A stretch of DNA of 32,000 nucleotides from Candidatus Micrarchaeum sp. Lineage in GTDB: Archaea > Micrarchaeota > Micrarchaeia > Micrarchaeales > Micrarchaeaceae. Under the pieces are notes generated by a model. The model had not been told where the DNA came from. It saw only the letters and a list, made by a program, of their open reading frames with translations, and did no database searches. The translations under genes were made by a program, and so were the position numbers. Location of the stretch: NCBI RefSeq assembly GCF_016806735.1, contig NZ_CP060530.1, positions 660,001-692,000 on the forward strand. The letters run 5' to 3'. Shown here piece after piece: positions 24,241-31,860 of this stretch (positions are counted from its first letter, which is position 1; each line of letters begins with the position of its first letter).

Positions 24241-25926
24241 TCACTTGTTGAATTGTACTGCAGTCTCTATCTTTGCAGTTTCATTGTCCAGGCCATAGCG
24301 CTTGACTTTCTCTATGTCTACTCCTGACTTTCTTGCTAATTTTTCTACGAATTTCATCATTACCCATCCGCCAAGGCTTATCGTAGATGAAACGCCCGCC
24401 TTAACGACAGGATTGCCTTTGCTCTCCTTTCTGGCGTTTCTCAGTGCCATTTTATATAGATGCCTGTAGCTCGCATAGTACATTGCAAATTGCGATTCCG
24501 TAAGCATTCCGGCATTGAAGCCCTTGCTTTTTATAAGCCCAAGCGGTACGTTCTGCATTGGGGTCACGGTGAATTCTAACGGCCTGCCGTTAACGTACGA
24601 ATTGCTCATCTTGTTTATGAGTGCAACGGTATCCCAATTGTCTTCAGGAGTTTCGTCTCGCTGGCCTGATTGTATTGTGAATGCGGGCCTCCAATAGTTC
24701 ATAGTCATGTTCCTTGTGCCCTTCCAGACTATTTCGCTCCAACTTCCGTCGGGCCCTATCTTCAGTGGCAGGGTTTTATTTGGCATGTGCCTCTTTGCCA
24801 GCGAGTCGCTTCCAGTCTCAACACCTACCTGCACACCTATCCAATTTGAAGGGCCTGCTTTCATTATTTTTGAAAGCTTCGCGAGCATTTCTGGATATGC
24901 CGTGGCAGGTGATATCCTTGCATGCGTAGGGTTTGTCCTTCTTACTCCAGGTATTGACATTACATTTGTGACAAGGTCAATCAGAGCATCCTCGTTCGGT
25001 TCAAACTTGGCATTTGCATGCTTGAATCCGAAAAATTCATCCGTATGCAGCCATGCGTTGCTAAAGCCGCCCTGTTTCACGTTTACCTCTATTTCCTTCC
25101 TTATCATTTCATTTGTGTAGTATCTGAGCGGCCTCAGTGTTACCTCGCAAAAATCGCAGCCTATGCCGCATCCACGCATTATTTCTACCATACCTGAATG
25201 CACAGGACCTTGTATCAGCGGGATTTTCTCAAGCGCAACAGATGTGCCTATCTTAGGGCTCCTCGATATAAACTTGGGATTATTTACATAGCTCCTGTGG
25301 AAATCGTCATCGATGGTCATATATCCCTCGAAGAATTTATCCTTATCCAGCGAATTTTGGCTTATCTGTTCGAAAAGCTCGCAGATTACGTCTTCCGATT
25401 CTCCCTGGAATGCGTAATCTATATTTGACTTATCCAGCTCTTCCGGATGCAGCGTGAATTCCCATACTCCAGGACCCCCAATCAAAAGTTTTGCTTTCTT
25501 TCCTTGCCTTGCCACGTTTATTTTGGCTATAAGCTTTCGCCATTCCCTGGCGACCCAAGCACCTTTGTCCGCGCCCATCAATACGAAATAGGACATAGTA
25601 AGGGGGCCAAGCCCTAGGGGATCCATAGTGTTAACAGCTATGATCTCTGTGTCATCCTTCACGAAATTAGAGAGATTGTCTTCATGGGCCACAACGACGT
25701 CGTTTCTGCCGTATTTCTGCAGCAGGGCAGCTTCAAGTTTGCGCAGCGCATATGTGGTTATGGTAGAGCGGCCTTCCGCATCTGCTTTGTACAGGGGGCC
25801 TTTCAAGAAATAGTATATTGAATTAGGTATTGCATGTGCAGGCGCACTTGGAAGAAATTCGAGCAGTGGAAAATGCCTATACGATGCAGATAGGCTTGAA
25901 TCTGAAACCAATACATATTTCGCCAT
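24241..25926 (-). CDS. radical SAM protein with a ~250-aa N-terminal B12-binding-domain-like module (COG1032/class-B-like)
   Basis: CGIGCDFC (CxxxCxxC) around residue 250. The N-terminal Rossmann-like region (YALRKLEAALLQKYG..DVVVAHED...IIAVNTMDP) is typical of the B12-like domain. ATG preceded by AAGTGAT-ACAAA, with TATAATTTA ~30 nt upstream. Confidence 0.8.
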   Translation of the reverse strand: MAKYVLVSDSSLSASYRHFPLLEFLPSAPAHAIPNSIYYFLKGPLYKADAEGRSTITTYALRKLEAALLQKYGRNDVVVAHEDNLSNFVKDDTEIIAVNTMDPLGLGPLTMSYFVLMGADKGAWVAREWRKLIAKINVARQGKKAKLLIGGPGVWEFTLHPEELDKSNIDYAFQGESEDVICELFEQISQNSLDKDKFFEGYMTIDDDFHRSYVNNPKFISRSPKIGTSVALEKIPLIQGPVHSGMVEIMRGCGIGCDFCEVTLRPLRYYTNEMIRKEIEVNVKQGGFSNAWLHTDEFFGFKHANAKFEPNEDALIDLVTNVMSIPGVRRTNPTHARISPATAYPEMLAKLSKIMKAGPSNWIGVQVGVETGSDSLAKRHMPNKTLPLKIGPDGSWSEIVWKGTRNMTMNYWRPAFTIQSGQRDETPEDNWDTVALINKMSNSYVNGRPLEFTVTPMQNVPLGLIKSKGFNAGMLTESQFAMYYASYRHLYKMALRNARKESKGNPVVKAGVSSTISLGGWVMMKFVEKLARKSGVDIEKVKRYGLDNETAKIETAVQFNK

Positions 25927-26296
25927 TTTGTATCACTTTGAAAAGCACAATAAATTATAGCTCTTGATTGTAAATGGATTTTTGATAATTGACCAAATTT
26001 ATTAGAATATCATTTGAAGAATGTTTGATTTTAATCTGCTACAACCATATTTAAATTTTATTGTTTTTCGGTTATAATCTTGTAAAATTTATTCTGCTTT
26101 TGTTTATAGCTGAAGAAGCCGCAATTAGTGTAATTTTTCAGTTTGGTTTATCTATTTTATTTCCATAAATTAAAAAACAAGCGAATATTTTATGTTTTTT
26201 GGAAAATGGCAAGTTTAATTGTTATGGTGCATGCTTAGAAACGATATTAAGTATTAATGAGCTAAAATAGATTATCATTTGATTATAGTGTTTTTT

Positions 26297-26473
26297 ATGG
26301 GCATATGTTCCGCATGTGGAAAAAAGATAGAAAAAGGAAAGGCATGCTTTACGTGCAACGATTGCTACAACACGTATTGTATGGATGATGGATACCAGTG
26401 TCCTGACGGAAATGGAGGTTATAAGTGCATGAACTGCGGCGGGAATTTGACGTATACTTACTGTTCCTACTGA
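26297..26473 (+). CDS. 58-aa cysteine-rich (10 Cys) putative zinc-binding mini-protein
   Basis: MGICSACGKKIEKGKACFTCNDCYNTYCMDDGYQCPDGNGGYKCMNCGGNLTYTYCSY, with spacing C-x2-C-x9-C-x2-C-x2-C-x4-C-x6-C-x8-C-x2-C-x8-C. A TAAAATAG TATA-like element lies ~30 nt upstream. The track start TTG 26279 adds 6 hydrophobic residues. Confidence 0.5.
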   Translation: MGICSACGKKIEKGKACFTCNDCYNTYCMDDGYQCPDGNGGYKCMNCGGNLTYTYCSY

Positions 26474-26562
26474 AAATAGCTGCGCAGTGGAACAAACAGT
26501 ACTTTGGCACTTTTGTCTTGACAAACTGGAACAGAGAAGAAGCAAGATAAAAAAGAAGCACT

Positions 26563-26862
26563 TCAGTTTATGAAATCCTTGTAGTTTCCACTTTCGAATT
26601 TGACTTTCACTCCAAGCCTTTCAAGCATTCTTTGCATGTCAGGGCCAGCCCCTCCTGCAATTACCTCGTTTACACCGTGCTCCTTTATAAATTTGGCAAT
26701 TGTAGCATGATGCAGGCCCTCCTGCTCGGTTTCGTGAGATTCTCCCCATCTGACTTCTATTTCGGCTATCTTCTCTGCCTTTCCGTCTTTTGTATGTATG
26801 ATGGCCACTTTCGGAGCCCTGCCTACTCCTGTCAACATTCCGTCCTCGCTTATTACTGCCAT
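26563..26862 (-). CDS. NifX/NifB-C-terminal/NafY-like (dinitrogenase FeMo-cofactor-binding family, PF02579-like) small protein
   Basis: 99 aa from ATG 26862: MAVISEDGMLTGVGRAPKVAIIHTKDG...HHATIAKFIKEHGVNEVIAGGAGPDMQRMLERLGVKV fits the family pattern. An alternative start is TTG 26880, 3 nt after GGTGAT. The long track ORF to 27012 is probably not translated. Confidence 0.65.
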   Translation of the reverse strand: MAVISEDGMLTGVGRAPKVAIIHTKDGKAEKIAEIEVRWGESHETEQEGLHHATIAKFIKEHGVNEVIAGGAGPDMQRMLERLGVKVKFESGNYKDFIN

Positions 26863-27087
26863 TATTGTTTTTTCCTGCAATGAATCACCAAGCACATAGC
26901 AATCCGCAATGCAACAATTTAAAGATTGGTTATTGCACATATGTATCCAGATAAACTGGCAGCATCCGGTATATGAATGACAAGAAGAATTCATAATCGT
27001 CGCAGATTGCAAGCCTTGGGTCGGAACAGGGTAATCTGCTTGGAATCTAGCACACAGTTGCAGTATAATGCACGAAATGCATATGCC

Positions 27088-28500
27088 TTATACGCATTTA
27101 CTCACCAGCCAGTAAACGGCTGGCCCGTAGCTCGTGTTAAATTCTAGCCCATCTATATATTCTTCGTTGATTGGACAGCCATCTGGCACGGCATAGTTGA
27201 TTGTGAATGAACTATTCCTAGCTAGCGTAAGACCATTTGTGTTTATAGTTTCATTTGTTATGGCAGGTCCGAATTTGGAAAACGGCCCATAAATTTCAGA
27301 TATCACCATAGAGTTGTATGCAGTATTATTCAGCCTCACGCTCAATTTTGATGGTATGGGAGTACTACTCTGGTTGGCAACCGACGCAGGCATCCCGTTA
27401 TTGATAGAGATATACGGAGACACATCGATATCATCGTATAAGTTATTGTTCGAAAGTTTTACATCAATTTCGTGTTCGCCCACAGTAAGGTTTACATTTG
27501 CTACGAGCCAGTTGAAATATCTTTTGTATCCTACTTCTTTTCCATCAATTTCCAAACTTATGGCCGGGGTGTTGGTAAGGTTTAGATTGCCAAGATTAAC
27601 AAGCACAGTGTTATTTGTATATACTATCTGGTCGAGCGATGGTGGAATTGTTTTATTGTACAAAAACTCATATAGTTGATAACCTTCATATTGCGTTAAG
27701 GCCATTTTATACAAAAGCTGATAAAGCATGGTCGATTTGGTGCCGCTCGTAGCGGTTTGATTTCCAACAATATTGTTCAACGGGCTATTAACACCTGCAA
27801 TCGTGCCCATCCATCCGAGTGGCGTGGCCACTATTGGCATAGTATAATTATTGCTGCATTCGATATTTGTGCTATTTATGCCTGTCAATTCAGTAACTTC
27901 GCCTGTTTCCAATGGAACCCATTCGCATTCGAAAATGGCTATTTTTCTTGACTCGGTCGATTCTGGCACACCCCTATTTGAGAAAGCATTGTTTTGCAAT
28001 AGAACACCGAGCGATTGTGCAGCGCTAAGCAAATCTTCATCAGCAAGGATAAACGCGTATGTACTTCTTAGCGTATCTGCATTCCTCAATACTTTAGCTT
28101 TGTCAGAAGAGCTTATCAGCCCTAATGCCGTCAGGTTATTTGTAATAGTTGTCCATACCGTAGGATCGTAGGAACCCCAATTATTGTACTGTGGGTTATG
28201 TATCTTTGTGCCGGTTGCGTTTAAAACCGATCCAATACTGCTGAACGGGCTTGAAAGATTCAAGAGAATTTGATAATTTTTAGATGTTGAGAACACTTGA
28301 TTGTATAAAGCTGAACTATTTAACAAGTAGCGCATATTCGCTCCGTACACACCTATCTGCGAATTAAGCTGCATAAGCGCAGAGTCGTTGCTGTTGTTTG
28401 CTTTATGGCCATAAGTGAGATAAAAGCCAACAGCAGCGATTATTAAGATAACAATCGCCGCAATCAGCATCTTCTTTTGCTTTTCCACATCAACCCTCAA
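27088..28500 (-). CDS. N-terminally anchored extracellular Asn-rich protein, probable N-glycoprotein
   Basis: A basic n-region plus the anchor MLIAAIVILIIAAVGFYL. About 18 N-x-S/T sequons by eye. A TATA (ATTTTTATAATG) lies ~25-30 nt upstream of TTG 28500. GC is lower than in the core genes. Confidence 0.6.
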   Translation of the reverse strand: MRVDVEKQKKMLIAAIVILIIAAVGFYLTYGHKANNSNDSALMQLNSQIGVYGANMRYLLNSSALYNQVFSTSKNYQILLNLSSPFSSIGSVLNATGTKIHNPQYNNWGSYDPTVWTTITNNLTALGLISSSDKAKVLRNADTLRSTYAFILADEDLLSAAQSLGVLLQNNAFSNRGVPESTESRKIAIFECEWVPLETGEVTELTGINSTNIECSNNYTMPIVATPLGWMGTIAGVNSPLNNIVGNQTATSGTKSTMLYQLLYKMALTQYEGYQLYEFLYNKTIPPSLDQIVYTNNTVLVNLGNLNLTNTPAISLEIDGKEVGYKRYFNWLVANVNLTVGEHEIDVKLSNNNLYDDIDVSPYISINNGMPASVANQSSTPIPSKLSVRLNNTAYNSMVISEIYGPFSKFGPAITNETINTNGLTLARNSSFTINYAVPDGCPINEEYIDGLEFNTSYGPAVYWLVSKCV

Positions 28501-28688
28501 TTATGATATACCATATAACGTTCATTATAAAAATCTTGTGACTTTTTTTATATGATCACTGTTCATAAGCATATTCATGCCCAAATCGAGGGTTCGGCTT
28601 ACTCATACATATGATATCGATTTCGGCGGCAGCATAAGCCTTAGGCTCTTACTTAGCAAATATATTTGGCATTGGCTGTAGAGCCTGT

Positions 28689-28763
28689 ATTATAAGAATG
28701 GTGCCGCTGGTCGGATTTGAACCGACGACATTTCGGTCTTCAGCCGAACGCTCTCCCACTGAG
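28689..28763 (-). tRNA. tRNA-Phe (anticodon GAA), 75 nt with genomically encoded CCA
   Basis: Reverse complement GCCGCTGTAGCTCAGTGGGAGAGCGTTCGGCTGAAGACCGAAATGTCGTCGGTTCAAATCCGACCAGCGGCACCA. Acceptor GCCGCTG/CAGCGGC, anticodon stem TTCGG/CCGAA with loop CTGAAGA, and T arm GTCGG-TTCAAAT-CCGAC. Confidence 0.92.
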
Positions 28764-28830
28764 CTACAGCGGCGCTGTATAGGTTTATTCCTTAATAAAG
28801 TATATAAATAGTTGCAATATTGGATTGCGT

Positions 28831-28870
28831 ATCGCATTTTGCCCCGTGCATCTCCGCTTCAAAATGCGAT
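28831..28870. promoter_or_regulatory. perfect 10-bp inverted repeat with a 20-nt spacer, just upstream of the hef TATA box
   Basis: ATCGCATTTT (28831-40) ... AAAATGCGAT (28861-70). The TATA-like CTATTATAGA is at 28881-90 and the hef ATG at 28909. Confidence 0.45.
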
Positions 28871-28908
28871 TTTGCATAAGCTATTATAGAGTTCTTGGCA
28901 AATTAATC

Positions 28909-30501
28909 ATGCCGTTAATACGGGGCATGCGCATGGCGCCAGACACCAAGATAGCATGGTCTGAACTGAAACCTTATTCGGACCTTGTAAATACCGATGA
29001 TATAGAGCCAAGGCAGTATCAGATCAGCATAATAAAATCCATAGAAGGAGGAGCAAGCGAGCTCATAGTGCTGCCTACGGGGCTTGGAAAGACGGTGATA
29101 GCAGTATTTGCAATAGCCATGGCGCTTTACAAGGGCAGGAGGGCCATAATGCTTGCCCCTACAAAACCGCTGAGCGTTCAGCATTATGAATCTGCAATCA
29201 GGATGCTCAAGCTCAATCCTGACGACATACTGCTGCTTACGGGCACAACAAAGGCTGGAAAGCGTTCCGAAATGGCTTCGAAGGCAAGGGTCATAATAGG
29301 AACTCCGCAGACAGTGTCCAACGACCTAAGGAGCGGAAGGATAGACATGGGCGATTTTGGTATCGTTGTGCTTGACGAGTGCCACCATGCAGTCGGCAGG
29401 TACGCTTATACTTACATTGCTGACGAATGCAAGTTCAAGGGCGTGCAGCTGGTTGGGCTTACAGCTTCCCCGGGAAGCGACAGGAAAAAGGTGGTCGAGC
29501 TCATAGAAGCGCTTGGAGCCACCAGAATAGAGGCAAGGAGCTCTTTCGACGCTGATGTCGCCCCTTACATAAAGGGCAATGACACCCAGACGATATACGT
29601 GGAGAATTCAAGGATTGTGAAATCCATAACGGCCACGCTCAAGAGCATAATAAACCAAAGGCTCAGGAAGCTTTACGAAGTAGGGCTGAGCCCGACCCCG
29701 GAATTCGAGCGAGTGCCAAAGAAGAGGCTGCTCATGATAGGGGACCACATAAAAAGGCTCAATTCGAGCAACTACAAGTTCGCTGCCATATTCAACTATG
29801 TCTACGTGCTTGACCTGATGCACGCTTATGACCTTATATCAACTGAAGGGCTGTACCCTTTTGTCAATTACATTGAAAGCCTTCGCACCAGGGAAAAGAG
29901 GAGCAAGGTGGTTGACAGCATCCTTAAGAATCCCCAGCTCGAAGCCGCAGTGAGCGCGGCCAACTCTGCATTAGATTCCGGGGAAGAGCACCCGAAGATG
30001 GATGCACTTCTGCAATTCTTGAAAACAGAGCTTAACGGCAAAAGCGCGATGGTTTTTGCCCAATACAGGTCCACCATACGCAGCATTGTGAAAAGGCTGA
30101 TTGACAACGGAGTCCGCGCGCAGGGTTTCGTGGGAAAAAAAGAGGGCATCAAGCAGTCCGAGCAGGAGGGCGTCATAAGCAGGTTCAGGAACGGGGAATT
30201 CAATGTCCTTGTGGCTACTTCTGTTGGCGAGGAGGGATTGGACATACCTGCCGTTGACTATGTGGTTTTCTACGAGCCCATACCTAGCGAGATAAGAAAC
30301 ATACAAAGGAGGGGCAGGACCGGAAGATTCAGGATAGGAAAGGTAGTCATACTCGTGGCTAAGGGGACGAAGGACGAAGCGTACCTCATGATATCGCGCG
30401 TGAGGGAGAAGAGGATGTTCGATACAATTATAAAGCTGAAAGAGCAGATAGAAAGCGGTAAATACAGGCCAGGGAAAAAGTCAGGGCAGGTGAAGCTTTA
30501 G
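28909..30501 (+). CDS. hef: Hef/FANCM/Mph1-family SF2 helicase, helicase module only (no ERCC4 nuclease domain)
   Basis: PRQYQ, motif I LPTGLGKT, II VLDECHHAV, III LTASPG, VI QRRGRTGR. The start is ATG 28909, 28927 or 28933. The track ORF from 28825 runs through the promoter region. The protein ends at 30501 with a basic tail. Confidence 0.85.
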   Translation: MPLIRGMRMAPDTKIAWSELKPYSDLVNTDDIEPRQYQISIIKSIEGGASELIVLPTGLGKTVIAVFAIAMALYKGRRAIMLAPTKPLSVQHYESAIRMLKLNPDDILLLTGTTKAGKRSEMASKARVIIGTPQTVSNDLRSGRIDMGDFGIVVLDECHHAVGRYAYTYIADECKFKGVQLVGLTASPGSDRKKVVELIEALGATRIEARSSFDADVAPYIKGNDTQTIYVENSRIVKSITATLKSIINQRLRKLYEVGLSPTPEFERVPKKRLLMIGDHIKRLNSSNYKFAAIFNYVYVLDLMHAYDLISTEGLYPFVNYIESLRTREKRSKVVDSILKNPQLEAAVSAANSALDSGEEHPKMDALLQFLKTELNGKSAMVFAQYRSTIRSIVKRLIDNGVRAQGFVGKKEGIKQSEQEGVISRFRNGEFNVLVATSVGEEGLDIPAVDYVVFYEPIPSEIRNIQRRGRTGRFRIGKVVILVAKGTKDEAYLMISRVREKRMFDTIIKLKEQIESGKYRPGKKSGQVKL

Positions 30502-30502
30502 A

Positions 30503-31801
30503 ATGTTGAATTATGACATAGTTTTCATATTCGTTGCTGGAGTCGCATTCCTAGGGTTTATACTGAACGCGCTTTTCGACAAAATCAACATAACGAGCGT
30601 ACTGCCGTTGATGCTCATAGGCCTGCTCATAGGCCCAGTGTTCCACTTTGTGAATACGGGGGCTGGCAGCACGATAGCGGATTTGACCCCTTACGTTACA
30701 GCGCTCGCGGTATCTTTCATACTTTTTGATGTTGGTATAAACATAAGGATAAGCAAGCTGAAGACAGTATTCAAAAAGGCAACCAGCTTCACTTTCGAGC
30801 TTGCTACTGCTACAGGTATCGTAGTAGGAATAGTCACGTTTCTTGCATTCCATTATACATTAGGGTGGACAATCGCCGAATCGTTCATATTCAGCTTCGC
30901 GCTTTCGGGACCAAGCAGCATAATAGTCCCTACTCTAGTCAAGGTAATAAAGGTAGGTGATGACCTCAAGACAACCCTTGTTTACGAGAGCGTAGCTTCG
31001 GACACACTTGAGCTGATAATACCTATATTGCTTTTAGACATAATAGCAAGCGCAGGGATAACCGGAATTGCCATAGTCGGATTGGTACTGAGCGCAGTCG
31101 TAGGTTCGATAATATTCGGCCTTGTTTCTGCGGTCTTTTGGCTTTTCATACTTAACAGATTCAAAGCTTACAGTGAAAGCTATTCATGGATGCTAACGAT
31201 AGCCATGGTCATAGCGACGTATGGGATATCCGAGCTCATAGGATTCAACGGCGCAATAACCATATTCGTATTCGGAATACTTTTCAGCAACATAGGCTCG
31301 GTAAAGCCAAGCACAGATCCGGTGCATGAGCCGAATTTCGTGGAAAAATTCCTTGCAGTGCCGTACAGCATAGACCACATAAAGGATTACCAGAAGGAGA
31401 TTGTTTTCTTCACGAGCACCTTCTTTTTCGTCTATATAGGGATGCTCTTCACATTCAGCGGCGTATACATTGACTCGTTGGTGTTTGCAGTCATGATAAC
31501 GTTCGTGATAATGCTGGTCAGGTTTATGGGTTCAGGATTGCTTAAGAAATTCCTTTCGAACGACCAGAAGGAAGCGGTAAAACAAAGAAATTTCATATCC
31601 TACAATGTGGCGAGGGGACTTTCCCCGGCAATAGTAGCCACGCTGCCGCTGACATACGGAGTAGTCATACCTGGTTTCCTGGATTCGATATTCTTGGTCA
31701 TACTCATAACCAACATCGCCTCGACTGCAGGCATATTCATGGCTTACAGGCACAAGCCAGTCGAAGTAATGAAAGCAGGCCAGGCTCCAAGCCCGGTTTG
31801 A
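30503..31801 (+). CDS. cation:proton antiporter (Na+/H+ exchanger family, CPA type)
   Basis: About 12 TM segments. The N-terminal pattern ...SVLPLMLIGLLIGP is typical of CPA TM1-2. The ATG lies 1 nt after the hef stop. Confidence 0.75.
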   Translation: MLNYDIVFIFVAGVAFLGFILNALFDKINITSVLPLMLIGLLIGPVFHFVNTGAGSTIADLTPYVTALAVSFILFDVGINIRISKLKTVFKKATSFTFELATATGIVVGIVTFLAFHYTLGWTIAESFIFSFALSGPSSIIVPTLVKVIKVGDDLKTTLVYESVASDTLELIIPILLLDIIASAGITGIAIVGLVLSAVVGSIIFGLVSAVFWLFILNRFKAYSESYSWMLTIAMVIATYGISELIGFNGAITIFVFGILFSNIGSVKPSTDPVHEPNFVEKFLAVPYSIDHIKDYQKEIVFFTSTFFFVYIGMLFTFSGVYIDSLVFAVMITFVIMLVRFMGSGLLKKFLSNDQKEAVKQRNFISYNVARGLSPAIVATLPLTYGVVIPGFLDSIFLVILITNIASTAGIFMAYRHKPVEVMKAGQAPSPV

Positions 31802-31860
31802 TGCGTAGCGATCCCGGAAAGTATTATATACCGAATCTGAGAATACATACCGGTGTATCG

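Noticed and set aside
25961-26535. Replication origin hypothesis (AT-rich spacer plus CAGTGGAAC / ACTGGAAC words resembling the ORB core CCAGTGGAAA)
   Set aside because: The match is only an 8-mer, expected about once by chance in 32 kb on two strands. The two copies are direct repeats, not inverted around the AT-rich tract. No orc1/cdc6 gene is nearby.
26863-27012. Cys-rich (7 Cys) 50-codon N-terminal extension of the NifX-like ORF
   Set aside because: The family-typical protein starts at MAVISEDG (ATG 26862) or at the TTG 3 nt after a GGTGAT motif (26880). The extension contains a TATA-like CTTTAAAT and looks like promoter/5' region. The cysteines show no CxxC-type spacing.
28649-28837. 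62-aa ORF on the minus strand
   Set aside because: It is a read-through translation of tRNA-Phe and its flanks (...SSVGERSAEDRNVVGSNPTSGT...), so it is not a protein gene.
31801-31860. 20-codon N-terminal extension of Hjc from an ATG overlapping the antiporter stop (TGATG)
   Set aside because: Hjc homologues begin 2-3 residues before the Y-x-K-G-x-x-x-E-R-E motif, which matches GTG 31861 with its own GGTGT SD and TATA-like element. The extension is kept only as an alternative start.
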